Part shown: one piece after another, positions 8,951 through 19,829 of the stretch | How the letters are laid out: each line of letters begins with the position of its first letter | Numbering within the stretch: position 1 is the stretch's first letter | Notes under the pieces: model-generated | The model's input: the letters and a program-made list of their open reading frames with translations, nothing else | Told to the model about the DNA's origin: nothing | Databases searched by the model: none | Source: Candidatus Falkowbacteria bacterium | Lineage (GTDB): Bacteria > Patescibacteriota > Patescibacteriia > Patescibacteriales > UBA12465 | DNA length: 64,000 nt | NCBI GenBank assembly: GCA_016432645.1 | Contig: CP066698.1 | Span: 709,062 to 773,061, forward strand | Direction: 5' to 3' | Made by a program: the position numbers and the translations under genes

Positions 8951-11584
8951 ATGAAAGACGAACTAGACAAGGCCTATAGCCCCACGGAAAATGAGAACAA
9001 AATCTATGAAAAGTGGGAAAAATCCGGGTATTTCAACCCGGATAATTTAGAATTGTCAAGCGAAGCTCCAAGCTATACCATAGTTTTGCCGCCGCCTAAT
9101 ATTACCGCTAAATTACATTTGGGGCATTCCGCTATGTTGGCGATTGAAGACCTATTAATTCGCTATAAACGCTTAAAAGGTTTTCGGACTTTATGGTTGC
9201 CAGGAACTGACCATGCTGCCATTGCCACGCAAAATGCCGTTGAGAAAAAGATTTTCAAAGAAACTGGAAAAACCAGGCATGATTTAGGTCGCGACCGGCT
9301 TTTAGAAGAAGTTTGGTCTTTTTTAAAGAAAACTCAGGGAGAAATTTTAGTGCAAACCAGAAGTATGGGCGCTTCTTTGGATTGGTCGCGCTTAGCTTTT
9401 ACGCTTGACGATGAACGCCAACAGGCAGTTAAAGTGATGTTTAAGGAAATGTATGAGGCGGGGGCGATTTATCGAGGCGAAAGAATGGTGAATTGGTGTC
9501 CGCGTTGTCATTCAACGTTAGCTGATGATGAGGTTGAATATAAAGAAGAGCACTCTAAATTATATTGGATAAAATATGGCCCTTTTGTCTTAGCTACTTC
9601 TCGCCCCGAAACTAAACTGGGAGATACGGCCGTTGCTGTGCACCCGGATGATATTAGATATCAAAAATATATTGGCCAGGAATTAGAGATTCCTGGTGTT
9701 TTAGGAAGCTTTACTGTTAAGGTTGTCGCTGATAAAGCCGTGGAAATGGAATTTGGTTCCGGAGTCATTAAAGTTACTCCAGCCCACAGCTTTATTGATA
9801 GCGAAATTGCCGCTCGCCATAATATTTCTGGACGGAAAATTATTAATGAGGATGGAAGGATGATGGCTAATTGTGGCAAATATGCCGGATTAACTACTGC
9901 TGAAGCGCGGGAAGCCATTGTTGCCGATATGGATGCTATGGGCTTAATTGATCATATCGATGATAACTATATTCATAATTCAGCTCGTTGTTACCGTTGC
10001 GATTCCGTTATTGAGCCATTGCCATCCGAACAGTGGTTTATAGGGGTTGATAAAAAATTGGCTCGGCTCGGGAATAAGTCTTTAAAAGAGCGCGCGTTGG
10101 AAGTTGCCCAAACTGAAGAAATAACTTTTGTTCCTGATAGATTTAAAAAACGTTATTTGGATTGGATGACCAATCTTCATGATTGGTGCATTTCTCGCCA
10201 AATTTGGTTTGGTCACCAAATTCCAGTTTGGTATCGGGGCGCAGAAGTTTATTGTGGATTAGAGGCGCCTGAGGGGGCTGATTGGCGGCAAGATACCGAC
10301 ACGCTCGATACCTGGTTTTCTTCTGGGATGTGGACCTTTTCTACCCTCGGTTGGCCTGATAATTTTAAAAATGGCCAGAAGACAGGCGATTTAGCCAAGT
10401 TTCATCCAACCCAGGTTTTAGAAACTGGTTATGAAATTATTACCCTTTGGGTGTCGCGGATGATTATGATGTCTTTGTTCGCGCTCAATGAAATTCCTTT
10501 CTCTAAAGTTTATCTGCACGGCATGGTTTTGGATAAGAACGGTAAAAAGATGTCTAAGTCCAAGGGAAATGGAATTGATCCGATTGAGATGATTGAAAAA
10601 TTCGGAGCCGATGCGGTCCGCCTATCTTTACTGATGGGCTTTACTCCTGGCAATGACAATAAATTCAGCGAAGAGCGAATCGAGACTAAGCGCAACTTTA
10701 TTAATAAGTTATGGAATATCTCCCGCTTTATTTTGTCTTCATTAGACAATAATGATATTAAACCTAAAAATTTAAATAGTCGGCCATTAGCCAAAAGCTT
10801 AGCCGATAACTGGATTTTAGAGGCTTTACAAAAAACGATCAATGCTGTTGATAAGCATATCGAGGACATGAACTTTTCTTTAGCTGCTGATGAATTAAAT
10901 GATTTTACTTGGAATAAATTAGCTGATTGGTATTTGGAAATTGCCAAGATTGAAAAAGGAAAATCTGAGATATTGCTTTACATATTAAGAAACATCTTAA
11001 TACTCTGGCATCCTTTTATTCCTTTTGTGACGGAAAAAATCTGGTCCAGCTTTAATGACAACTTACTGATGGTAGAAAAATGGCCGGAAGCTATCGGTTC
11101 TGGTGAAGAAAATAATAATCATTCAGCTCGCGATTTTAATATTATTCAAGAAATAATTATTGCTATCCGCAATGTCCGCAGCGAGAATAAAATTGAGCCG
11201 GCGCGAAAATTACCGGCGGTAATTTATGGACATGATTTGGAAACGCTTATTAAAGATAATGCCGAGCTAATTAAGAATCTAAAAACCGGTCTCGAGTCTT
11301 TAGAAATTAAAGAACAAGGAGAAAAAATCAATGGCGCCATATTAGCAATTTCTGGCAAAACTGAAATTTATCTTTTAGGGGCAGTTGACAAGGAAAAGGA
11401 AGAGGCGCGCCTGCTAAAAGAAAAGGCTAATTTAGAAAAACTTTTAGAAATACAAAAGAATAAGTTGGCTAATAAAGAGTTTATGGAACGCGCTCCGGAA
11501 AAAATTGTGGCCCTGGAAAAAGAAAAGATCACTTTTTATCAACAAGATTTAGAAAAAATAATCAAAGCGCTTACGCAACTATGA
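8951..11584 (+). CDS. valS: valine--tRNA ligase
   Basis: 877 aa. Has the HIGH-type PPPNITAKLHLGHS and KMSKSKGN motifs and a C-terminal coiled coil. The TGA stop overlaps the next ATG. Confidence 0.95.
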   Translation: MKDELDKAYSPTENENKIYEKWEKSGYFNPDNLELSSEAPSYTIVLPPPNITAKLHLGHSAMLAIEDLLIRYKRLKGFRTLWLPGTDHAAIATQNAVEKKIFKETGKTRHDLGRDRLLEEVWSFLKKTQGEILVQTRSMGASLDWSRLAFTLDDERQQAVKVMFKEMYEAGAIYRGERMVNWCPRCHSTLADDEVEYKEEHSKLYWIKYGPFVLATSRPETKLGDTAVAVHPDDIRYQKYIGQELEIPGVLGSFTVKVVADKAVEMEFGSGVIKVTPAHSFIDSEIAARHNISGRKIINEDGRMMANCGKYAGLTTAEAREAIVADMDAMGLIDHIDDNYIHNSARCYRCDSVIEPLPSEQWFIGVDKKLARLGNKSLKERALEVAQTEEITFVPDRFKKRYLDWMTNLHDWCISRQIWFGHQIPVWYRGAEVYCGLEAPEGADWRQDTDTLDTWFSSGMWTFSTLGWPDNFKNGQKTGDLAKFHPTQVLETGYEIITLWVSRMIMMSLFALNEIPFSKVYLHGMVLDKNGKKMSKSKGNGIDPIEMIEKFGADAVRLSLLMGFTPGNDNKFSEERIETKRNFINKLWNISRFILSSLDNNDIKPKNLNSRPLAKSLADNWILEALQKTINAVDKHIEDMNFSLAADELNDFTWNKLADWYLEIAKIEKGKSEILLYILRNILILWHPFIPFVTEKIWSSFNDNLLMVEKWPEAIGSGEENNNHSARDFNIIQEIIIAIRNVRSENKIEPARKLPAVIYGHDLETLIKDNAELIKNLKTGLESLEIKEQGEKINGAILAISGKTEIYLLGAVDKEKEEARLLKEKANLEKLLEIQKNKLANKEFMERAPEKIVALEKEKITFYQQDLEKIIKALTQL

Positions 11585-11964
11585 CTTTAAAAAATTATTT
11601 GTTAGTCATGTCAGTTTTAACGGCTATTTGCTGGGGAATCTTTTTGTTTGTAGCCAATTTAATAGATCCAACCGCCACCAATTGGTTAGGGTTTATGCTT
11701 TTTTATTTTTCTCTATTTATCGCGCTGAGCGGTATTGCCGCCTTATTTGGATTTTTATTCAGATTTGTCGCTCTAAAAAAAGAATTAGCTTTTAATTTAG
11801 TCAAAGTCGCTTTTCGCCAGTCATTTCTGTTCGCCTTATTTTTAACTGCCGCCTTATTTTTAAAAGCCAACCACTTGTTTAATGGGCTTAATTTGTTTTT
11901 ATTGATTTTAGGATTTTCCATTTTGGAGCTTTTCTTAATTAGCTATAATCACAATCGCCAATAA
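11581..11964 (+). CDS. hypothetical 4-TM membrane protein
   Basis: 127 aa and strongly hydrophobic. Translationally coupled to valS through an ATGA overlap. Confidence 0.45.
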   Translation: MTLKNYLLVMSVLTAICWGIFLFVANLIDPTATNWLGFMLFYFSLFIALSGIAALFGFLFRFVALKKELAFNLVKVAFRQSFLFALFLTAALFLKANHLFNGLNLFLLILGFSILELFLISYNHNRQ

Positions 11965-11965
11965 T

Positions 11966-12994
11966 ATGAAAAATAAATTTCAAAAAATTCGAACAGAATT
12001 TTTAGAAAAACTGAAAACCGTCGGTGACGCCAATAGTCTGCGCGAGCTAGAATTGCAATATCTTTCCCGTAAAGGCGAACTCAGCTCTTTAATGCATGAG
12101 CTTAAAGATCTGAGCGCGGACATGAAAAAAGAATTAGGCGCTTTAGCAAATAGCATTAAAAATGAATTGGAAACCACTTTTAATGAAGTAAAGGAGCGGA
12201 TTAACCAGCTCAGCGCTAAAAATTCTTTGGTGGATATTACTATTCCTGGGGTCGAACCGGCTCACGGCCATTTAAATCCAATTACGATTATTCAAAGAGA
12301 AATGGAAGATATTTTTTCTTCTCTAGGCTTTACTATTTTTGACGGCCCGGAGTTGGAGAGTGATTATTTTAATTTTACGGCCTTAAATATTCCTCCTTTT
12401 CATCCGGCGCGGGATATGCAAGACACTTTTTATATTGATTCTAAAAATCAAGACGGTGATTTGGATTTAGTGATGAGAACTCATACTTCCCCGGTGCAAA
12501 TTAGGGCGATGAGAAAATTAGGCGCGCCTTTGAAAGTAGTAGTTCCGGGAAGATGTTTCCGCAATGAAGCCACGGATGCACGCCACGAACATACTTTTTA
12601 TCAATTTGAGGGCTTAGTTGTTGGAGAAAATATTAATTTTGCCAATCTTAAGAGCTTGTTGGAGCTAGTTGGTAAAAAATTATTCGGGCCGAATACTAAA
12701 TTGCGCATGCGGCCGAAATTTTATCCTTTTGTTGAACCGGGAAACAATGGCGAATATACTTGTTTCTTGTGCAATGGCCAAGGTTGCCGCGTTTGTAAAA
12801 ATACGGGCTGGCTGGAAATTGTTGGCGGCGGCTTAGTTCATCCTGACGTCTTGCGCGCTGGCGGCTTAGATCCTGAAAAATATTCTGGACTCGCTTTTGG
12901 CTTCGGCTTAACCAGATTAGCAATGTTAAAATATGGAGTTACCGATGTCCGCCTATTTAATAGCGGTGATTTAAAGTTTCTTGAACAATTCTAA
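11966..12994 (+). CDS. pheS: phenylalanine--tRNA ligase alpha subunit
   Basis: 342 aa. Has class II motifs (..FRNEATDARHEHTFYQFEG.., ..GFGLTRLAML..). Confidence 0.95.
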   Translation: MKNKFQKIRTEFLEKLKTVGDANSLRELELQYLSRKGELSSLMHELKDLSADMKKELGALANSIKNELETTFNEVKERINQLSAKNSLVDITIPGVEPAHGHLNPITIIQREMEDIFSSLGFTIFDGPELESDYFNFTALNIPPFHPARDMQDTFYIDSKNQDGDLDLVMRTHTSPVQIRAMRKLGAPLKVVVPGRCFRNEATDARHEHTFYQFEGLVVGENINFANLKSLLELVGKKLFGPNTKLRMRPKFYPFVEPGNNGEYTCFLCNGQGCRVCKNTGWLEIVGGGLVHPDVLRAGGLDPEKYSGLAFGFGLTRLAMLKYGVTDVRLFNSGDLKFLEQF

Positions 12995-12998
12995 ATAT

Positions 12999-15425
12999 AT
13001 GTATATTTCTTATAATTGGTTAAAAGATTTTGTTAAACTGCCGTCAAAGGTTTCTCCGGCAGAAATTGCTGAGGCGTTAACGGCGCATACAGTTGAAGTT
13101 GAGGGCTTAGTCAGTCAAGCTGATAAATTTGCTAATGTGGTCATCGCTAAAGTCTTGGAAGTTAAAAAGCATCCTAATGCCGACCGTTTGCGGCTAACCG
13201 TGGTTGATGTCGGTAATCAAAAGCTTAATATCGTCTGTGGCGCTCCTAATGTTGCTGTCGGACAAATGGTGCCAGTGGCTCTGAGCGGCGCGCTTTTGCC
13301 TAATGGCTTAGAAATAAAGACTAGCGAAATTAGAGGCGAAAAGTCGGAAGGCATGATTTGCGCTGAAGATGAATTAGGTTTAGGGAAAAATCATGAAGGC
13401 ATAATGGTGTTAGGGAAAACCGCTAAGATAGGCGAACCGTTTGCCAAATATCTTAAATCTGATGATATTATCTTTGAAGTCGATAATAAATCATTGTCTA
13501 ATCGTCCCGATCTCTTGAGTCATTATGGTTTAGCGCGCGAGTTAGCGGTTATCTTTGATTCACGCCTAAAACCATACGATAAAGTTATTGGTAAAGAAAT
13601 AGTATTTCCTGAGACTAAAGACAGTAAATTAAACGTGACCGTTGAAAATTCTGAGCTCTGTCCGCGTTATCTGGCAATTAGAGTGGAAAATATTAAAATT
13701 GCTGAATCCCCAAATTGGTTAAAAGAACGGTTAATCGCCATTAATCAGCGGCCGATTAACAATATTGTTGATTTAACAAATTATGTCATGTTTGAAACCG
13801 GCCAGCCGCTGCATGCTTTTGATGCGCTTAACATTAAAAAAATTGTTGTTAAGCTTAGCAAGCATGAACCGTTTGAAACCTTGGACGGAAAAGAGCGCTT
13901 ATTAAGTGCTGATGATTTGGTTATTTCTGATGGCCAGCAAACTTTAGCGATTGCTGGCGTTATGGGAGGCAAAAACAGTGAAGTTAGCGAGGAGACAACC
14001 ACCATTATTTTAGAAGCTGCTAATTTTAGAGCGGCGACAATTAGAAAAACCGCCCAACGCTTAGGTCTGCGGACAGAAGCTTCGGTTCGTTTTGAGAAAT
14101 CATTAGACCCTAATTTAAGCGAAGATGCTTTAAAGCGTTTTTTGTCGCTGCTTAAAGATATTTGTCCGGAGATGAAAATTACCGGAAATTTATTTGATTT
14201 GGGCGGACGGGTTGAAGTTAAAGATAAGCTAGATTTAGATTTTTCTTGGTTATTTTCTAAAATCGGCCAGGAATTACCCAAGGAGCAAGTACTTAATATT
14301 TTGAATAAACTTGGTTTTCAGGCAACTAAGCATAAAGAAACGCTTAGCGTAGTTGTTCCTTCTTGGCGCGCGACTAAAGATATTCGCGGACGCGAGGATT
14401 TAGTTGAAGAAATATTGCGCATCTATGGCTATGATAATGTAAATTCCAGTTTGCCGATGGAAAAAATGATAGCGCCTCTAGTTAATCAAGAGCGCGTTCT
14501 AGAAAGAAAAATTAAAGATATTCTTTATTTAAAATTTGCGCTCAGCGAAGTTTATAACTATTCTTTCGTTGGCGAAGAACAGCTTAAAAAATTGAATATT
14601 GATTTTTTTAATCATCTTAAACTAGCTAATCCGCTTTCAGAAATTCATAGCATGCTTAGACAATCTTTGGTGCCTGGGCTGGCAAATAATGTTAAGAATA
14701 ATCAGTTTCGTTATGACTCTTTAAGATTTTTTGAATTCGGAAGCGTCTTTTTTAACGCTGCTGGCGATTTTAAGAAAGATAATGACAGCGATGCCAAAAT
14801 ACCTTATCAGGAAAAACGAGTCGGTTTGGCACTGGCAGCAAATTCACGAGATATTTTTTCCGAACTTAAAAGTTTAGTAACCGGCTTTCTTCATGAACTT
14901 GTTCCCCAAAGCAATGAGGTTATTTTTTCGCAGTTAGAAAATCTTCCTGGTTGGGCTGATGGCCGTTTGGCTGCTAAAATTTCTATCGCCGGTCAAGAAT
15001 TGGGATTGCTTGCCCTTTTAAATTCCAGTGCGGAAAAAAATCTAAATTTAAAAATGAAAGCCGGGTTTGTGGAAATGAGCTTGGAGGCAATTCATAAAGT
15101 TATTGCGGAGTTGGAATCTTTTCGCTTTCAGGAAACCGCTAAATATCCAGCGGTAATGCGCGACTTAGCTTTTGTTGTTTCTGAGGAAATACTGTATAAT
15201 GATATTAAGAAAGAAATTTTTGATTTCAGTCCGCTTATTAAATCTGTTGAACTGTTTGATGTTTATGTTGGTGACAAATTGGCGGCGGATGAAAAAAGCC
15301 TCGCCTTCCATATTAATTATCAGGCAGCGGACCGGACTCTGAAGTCGGCGGAAGTTGATCAATTGCAAAGCGAACTAGTTAGTCATTTAATTTCTAAGTT
15401 TGAAGTTAAGTTAAGAGATTTTTAA
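12999..15425 (+). CDS. pheT: phenylalanine--tRNA ligase beta subunit
   Basis: The conserved N-terminus MYISYNWLKDFV begins at the ATG at 12999; the tracked start 12981 is a TTG inside the pheS end. Contains a tRNA-binding domain (HPNADRLRL) and B3/4 and B5 regions. Confidence 0.9.
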   Translation: MYISYNWLKDFVKLPSKVSPAEIAEALTAHTVEVEGLVSQADKFANVVIAKVLEVKKHPNADRLRLTVVDVGNQKLNIVCGAPNVAVGQMVPVALSGALLPNGLEIKTSEIRGEKSEGMICAEDELGLGKNHEGIMVLGKTAKIGEPFAKYLKSDDIIFEVDNKSLSNRPDLLSHYGLARELAVIFDSRLKPYDKVIGKEIVFPETKDSKLNVTVENSELCPRYLAIRVENIKIAESPNWLKERLIAINQRPINNIVDLTNYVMFETGQPLHAFDALNIKKIVVKLSKHEPFETLDGKERLLSADDLVISDGQQTLAIAGVMGGKNSEVSEETTTIILEAANFRAATIRKTAQRLGLRTEASVRFEKSLDPNLSEDALKRFLSLLKDICPEMKITGNLFDLGGRVEVKDKLDLDFSWLFSKIGQELPKEQVLNILNKLGFQATKHKETLSVVVPSWRATKDIRGREDLVEEILRIYGYDNVNSSLPMEKMIAPLVNQERVLERKIKDILYLKFALSEVYNYSFVGEEQLKKLNIDFFNHLKLANPLSEIHSMLRQSLVPGLANNVKNNQFRYDSLRFFEFGSVFFNAAGDFKKDNDSDAKIPYQEKRVGLALAANSRDIFSELKSLVTGFLHELVPQSNEVIFSQLENLPGWADGRLAAKISIAGQELGLLALLNSSAEKNLNLKMKAGFVEMSLEAIHKVIAELESFRFQETAKYPAVMRDLAFVVSEEILYNDIKKEIFDFSPLIKSVELFDVYVGDKLAADEKSLAFHINYQAADRTLKSAEVDQLQSELVSHLISKFEVKLRDF

Positions 15426-15441
15426 TTATTAAAATAAGTAT

Positions 15442-15753
15442 ATGTTTAACAGTTCCTTGGATATTTTGCATTTAGTGCTTACAATTTGTATTTTTGCTTT
15501 AACCTTTTTTCTTTGCTGGTCCCTTTATTATTTTATTTCCAGTGCCCAGAAAATTCATAAATTGATTAAGCGGGTGGAAAGTGGCGTCACTAAAGTTGAA
15601 GAGGTAATTTCTTTGGTTAATGAAAAAATAAAAAGTGGCTCCGCTTATTTAATGGTATTAACCGAGATAGCCAAGCAGGCGATGGAATATGCTAAAAAAA
15701 GAAGCACCGGCTCTCAAGAAAAAACCAGCTCTCGATCAAATAGAAAAAAATAA
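15442..15753 (+). CDS. hypothetical small membrane-anchored protein
   Basis: 103 aa with one N-terminal TM, a helical region and a basic tail. A terminator follows. Confidence 0.4.
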   Translation: MFNSSLDILHLVLTICIFALTFFLCWSLYYFISSAQKIHKLIKRVESGVTKVEEVISLVNEKIKSGSAYLMVLTEIAKQAMEYAKKRSTGSQEKTSSRSNRKK

Positions 15754-15764
15754 CGTTCCCCAGA

Positions 15765-15800
15765 TAAAAAAAAGACCGCCTCATTCAGCGGTCTTTTTTG
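15765..15800. terminator. bidirectional rho-independent terminator
   Basis: A-run, stem AGACCGC (15773-15779) / GCGGTCT (15788-15794), then a T-run. Confidence 0.7.
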
Positions 15801-15812
15801 TTTGATGTTTGG

Positions 15813-18038
15813 TTATTTAGAGGCCGAATCCTTCTTTTTACAATCTTTATTGCTGCATTTTTCTTTACCGTCTTTGTTTAGAATCATTAAGGCGCCGCAT
15901 TTTGGACAATCCTTGCCGCTCGGTTCTCCTTGGTAGGCGTTTTTACATTTTGGATAATTACTGCAGGCATAGAAAGCGCCGCGGCGGCTGAATTTTTTGA
16001 CAATTTTCCCTTCATGGCAAATCGGACATTCCACTTCTTTACCGGAATCAGAGCCGATATTTTTAATATTTTTACATTTAGGGTAGGCTGAGCAGGCTAA
16101 AAATGGGCCGTATTTGCCGGTTCGGACTTTCATTGCCGCGCCGCACTTATCACAAACTTCGCCGGCATATTTTTTTTCCAGCTCTAATATTTTAGGATCA
16201 GCCGGTTTGTTGTCAGCCGCGCCGCCATTCATTTTTTTAATATTGCGGCAGTCCGGAAAAGCACTGCAAGCTAAAAATTTTCCGTAACGCCCGGTTTTGA
16301 CCAGCATTTTAGCGCCGCACTTATCGCATACTTCTTCTGATTGTTCTTCTGGCATAATATCGCTTTTATTAATTTCTTGGTATTTATTTTCTAAATTCTT
16401 GCTGAAGTCTTCGTAGAATTCACCGATAACCGGTTGCCATTTTTTCTGGCCCTCCGCGATTTCGTCTAAATTATTTTCCATCTGGGCGGTGAATTGATAA
16501 TCAACGATTTTAGGAAAGTGGGCAATCAATAAATCAATTACGACGAAGGCAATTTCTGTCGGCTTTAAGCGCTTATTTTCATCGCGTTCCACGTAGTTTC
16601 GAGCAATAATAGTGGCGATAGTCGGGGCGTAAGTTGATGGCCGGCCGACGCCATATTTTTCCAGCTCTTTTACTAGGCTGGCATCAGAGTAGCGTGCCGG
16701 CGGGTTGGTGCTATGGGCTTCCGAAATTATTTTTTCTAAATTAAGAATATCCTCGGCCTTTAAAATCGGCAATATTTGTTCTTTAGTTTTTTCCGGCCAG
16801 ACTTTTAAATAACCGGGGAAAACAATAGTTTGCCCGTTGGCTCTTAAAATATAATTTTCTTTAGTTGATTTGGCTTCAACGTCGATTATGGTTGCCTCTA
16901 AATTGGCGGCCGACATTTGGCTGGCAACCGAACGCTGCCAAATTAAACGATATAGCTTTTCCTCATTTCCTTCCAATTGTGCTTTTAGATTTTCAGGCGC
17001 GGCTAAAGCCTCGGTCGGCCTAATTGCTTCGTGCGCCTCTTGCGCATTTTTACTTTTGTTTTTAAAGACGCGTCCGCCAGAATAATATTCTTTTCCTAAA
17101 TTATCAACAATCCAGGTTTGGGCTTCACTGATAAATTTGGGAGATAAATTAAGCGAATCGGTGCGCATGTAAGTGATATGCCCCTTTTCGTATAATTTTT
17201 GGGCGACAGTCATTGTTTGTTTAGCGCTATAGCCGAGATGGCGATTAGCCGCTTGTTGCAAGGTTGAGGTAGTAAAAGGGGCGGCGGGAGATTTGCTCAA
17301 CTTTTTTTTCTCGGTTTTATTTATAGTATAAGAACAGGTCTCTAAAATTGTCTTTATTTTTTCCGCATCCGCCTCTTTAATTGAAAGCTTATCAAAAGAT
17401 TTGCCGTTTATTTTTAATAAGTCGGCTTGAAAATTGTCTTTTCCATCTTTGTTTAAATCGGCGCTAATCGTCCAGTAATCTTCTTTTTGAAAAGCATTAA
17501 TTTCTTTTTCTCTTTCAATTATTATTCGAGTGGCCACGCTTTGAACACGTCCGGCTGACAAGCCTTTAGCCACCTTTTTCCATAAGAAAGGTGAAAGTTT
17601 ATAACCCACTAGACGATCCAGCACGCGGCGAGCTTGTTGAGCGTCAACCATGTTTAAATCAATGTTGCGCGGATGCTTTAAGGCCTCTTCAATAGCCGCT
17701 TTAGTAATTTCATGAAAAACAATGCGTTTTGTTTTTTGATTATCCAGTTTTAAAGCTTGAGCTAAATGCCAAGCAATAGCTTCCCCTTCGCGGTCTTCAT
17801 CAGATGCTAAAATGACCTCGCTCGCTTTGTTGGCGGCAGTTTTAAGAGCAGTGACGGTTTTTTTAGCTTTAGTTGGGATGACGTATTTAGGAGAAAATTC
17901 ATTTTCTAAATCGACGCCCAGTTCGCGGCTCGGTAAATCGCGAATATGGCCAAAAGAAGACTCTACCCGATATTTACCGTTTAAGAATTTACTGATAGTC
18001 TTCGCTTTAGTTGGTGATTCTACAATTATTAAATCCAT
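15813..18038 (-). CDS. topA: DNA topoisomerase I (type IA) with four C-terminal zinc ribbons
   Basis: 741 aa. Has a TOPRIM N-terminus (MDLIIVESPTKAKTI) and the active-site region ..HITYMRTDS.. Four CxxC...CxxC modules lie in the tail. Confidence 0.95.
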   Translation of the reverse strand: MDLIIVESPTKAKTISKFLNGKYRVESSFGHIRDLPSRELGVDLENEFSPKYVIPTKAKKTVTALKTAANKASEVILASDEDREGEAIAWHLAQALKLDNQKTKRIVFHEITKAAIEEALKHPRNIDLNMVDAQQARRVLDRLVGYKLSPFLWKKVAKGLSAGRVQSVATRIIIEREKEINAFQKEDYWTISADLNKDGKDNFQADLLKINGKSFDKLSIKEADAEKIKTILETCSYTINKTEKKKLSKSPAAPFTTSTLQQAANRHLGYSAKQTMTVAQKLYEKGHITYMRTDSLNLSPKFISEAQTWIVDNLGKEYYSGGRVFKNKSKNAQEAHEAIRPTEALAAPENLKAQLEGNEEKLYRLIWQRSVASQMSAANLEATIIDVEAKSTKENYILRANGQTIVFPGYLKVWPEKTKEQILPILKAEDILNLEKIISEAHSTNPPARYSDASLVKELEKYGVGRPSTYAPTIATIIARNYVERDENKRLKPTEIAFVVIDLLIAHFPKIVDYQFTAQMENNLDEIAEGQKKWQPVIGEFYEDFSKNLENKYQEINKSDIMPEEQSEEVCDKCGAKMLVKTGRYGKFLACSAFPDCRNIKKMNGGAADNKPADPKILELEKKYAGEVCDKCGAAMKVRTGKYGPFLACSAYPKCKNIKNIGSDSGKEVECPICHEGKIVKKFSRRGAFYACSNYPKCKNAYQGEPSGKDCPKCGALMILNKDGKEKCSNKDCKKKDSASK

Positions 18039-18060
18039 AGTTACAGTGAGCTTAGTAAAA

Positions 18061-19185
18061 TTAGAAGCTTAGATTAAAATAACCGTTACGGCTCTCAATT
18101 ACTTTTTTAATCTCCAATATACTTAGTTTACTATTTATCGTGGCGGTGTCAAGTTTGGTTTTTTTAACAATTTCATCAGCGCAAATTAAATCGCCATTTT
18201 TTTCCGCCGCTAAAATTATTTTATAAATCAACATTTCTTGGTCATCGGTGCTTTGATAGACTAGCTTTTTTGTTATTCGTTTTGGTTTATTTTTGAAATC
18301 AGTTTCAATTTTTAAGACTTCTAAAATATCAGCGCTTCTTAAAATTGGCACCGCCCCTTCCCGGATCAGTTTATTAGTTCCGCTTGAGGAGTTGGTAAAA
18401 ATATTTCCCGGTATAGCTAGCACCTCGCGGTTTTGTTCAATAGCCAACTGAGCAGTGATTAAAGAGCCGGATTTTTCGGCCGCCTCTATTAATAATACTG
18501 CCTCGCAGAGCCCGGAAATTAAACGATTACGGCGCGGGAAATTTTCTTTTTTAGCCGGATAGTCTGGCGGGAATTCGGAAAGCAGCAGTCCTTGATTGGC
18601 AATTATTTCTTGTGCTAATTGGCGATGAGCAGCCGGATAGATATTTGATTTTTTTAAGCCGGAACCTAAGATGGCGATTGTTAATCCCGAGTTGATTAAA
18701 GTTTGGCGGTGAGCCAAACCATCAACGCCCAGAGCGAGGCCGCTGACAATAATTATTTTAGATTTTATCAGTTCGGGCATAAATTCTTTAAGCACTTTTT
18801 CGGCGTAAAGAGTATTTTTGCGCGAACCGACAATTGCCAGCTGCGGCCTTTGATTAATTAATGAAATATTGCCTTGATAAAACAGTATCGGCGGCGGTGA
18901 CGATATTTCTTTGAGTAATTGAGGATATTGAGACTCATGCCAAGATAAATAGGAAATTTTTTCTGATTGCAAGGTTTCTAAAAGCGCGGTTAAAGAAAAA
19001 GTTTGCCGCCAGTTAATAAATTTATTAATCCAACCAGAAGACGGGCCAATGCTTAATAGTTGTTCGGCGTTAACTTCAAAAATTTTTCCCAGGTCCGGAA
19101 AAATGTTTTCTAAATGCGCAATTTTTTTAGGTCCTAGATAAGGACAAGCAGCCAGACTTAAAAGCGCTAGTTTATTATTTATCAT
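18061..19185 (-). CDS. dprA: DNA-processing protein DprA (Smf)
   Basis: Rossmann-like core ..AIVGSRKNT..SGLALGVDGLAHR..FPRRNRLISGL.. The start is trimmed to the ATG at 19185 (MINNKLALL..). Confidence 0.85.
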   Translation of the reverse strand: MINNKLALLSLAACPYLGPKKIAHLENIFPDLGKIFEVNAEQLLSIGPSSGWINKFINWRQTFSLTALLETLQSEKISYLSWHESQYPQLLKEISSPPPILFYQGNISLINQRPQLAIVGSRKNTLYAEKVLKEFMPELIKSKIIIVSGLALGVDGLAHRQTLINSGLTIAILGSGLKKSNIYPAAHRQLAQEIIANQGLLLSEFPPDYPAKKENFPRRNRLISGLCEAVLLIEAAEKSGSLITAQLAIEQNREVLAIPGNIFTNSSSGTNKLIREGAVPILRSADILEVLKIETDFKNKPKRITKKLVYQSTDDQEMLIYKIILAAEKNGDLICADEIVKKTKLDTATINSKLSILEIKKVIESRNGYFNLSF

Positions 19186-19276
19186 ATAATAAAAATTTGC
19201 CTTTATTATATGATAAGCAACATAAAATCTCGCTAAAATAGCGAGATTAAGAAGCAATTAGGCGGTTATTGTGATG

Positions 19277-19822
19277 TTATAAATCAGCGGCGGTATATTG
19301 ATCGGCGATATTTTTAATTTTTTCCAACTCTTCTCGGCCAAATGGCTGGAGAACAAATTTTTCGGCTGGAATATGGGTTCTTAACAATTCATTTTTAATC
19401 CCCAGGCGCAGACGTTTAAATTTTTGAGTTTTTAAATATTGAATAATTGAAGCGATTCCTCGATGGCCGGCACTGCCGGAGTCAGTCGCAATTTTGCAAA
19501 CACCGATATCTAAATCTAAATCGTCCTGAATAACAGTCAAGCAATAGTTTAAATCTTCATTCTTTTTGGAGAAGACGCCCAGTTTTTTAGGAATCAAGCC
19601 ATAATAATTTAAAACTTTTTGCACGCTTTGCCCCGACTCGTTCATAAAAGTTAGCGGTTTTACAAAAATTAAACCAGCCGCTTCCTTGGTCAAGGCATTA
19701 AATTTTTTATTAGTTTGCCAGCCGTCGGCGCCGATTAAATTATCCAGAAAAATCCAGCCCGCATTGTGGCGCGTGCGTTCATATTGATTTCCGGGATTGC
19801 CTAAACCAATAATGATTTTCAT
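19277..19822 (-). CDS. pth: peptidyl-tRNA hydrolase
   Basis: The conserved start MKIIIGLGNPGNQYERTRHNAGW is at 19822. The longer tracked ORF (to 20023) overlaps the der 3' end and is rejected. Confidence 0.9.
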   Translation of the reverse strand: MKIIIGLGNPGNQYERTRHNAGWIFLDNLIGADGWQTNKKFNALTKEAAGLIFVKPLTFMNESGQSVQKVLNYYGLIPKKLGVFSKKNEDLNYCLTVIQDDLDLDIGVCKIATDSGSAGHRGIASIIQYLKTQKFKRLRLGIKNELLRTHIPAEKFVLQPFGREELEKIKNIADQYTAADL

Positions 19823-19829
19823 ATAATTA

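Noticed and set aside
11579-11584. Possibility of an alternative genetic code (UGA recoding, as in some candidate phyla)
   Set aside because: valS terminates at a TGA that overlaps the next ATG. All conserved proteins have normal lengths under the standard code, and no in-frame TGA interrupts any conserved gene.
12981-12998. TTG start for pheT at 12981 as listed in the ORF track
   Set aside because: The conserved PheT N-terminus (MYISYNWLK..) starts at the ATG at 12999. The TTG lies within the last codons of pheS.
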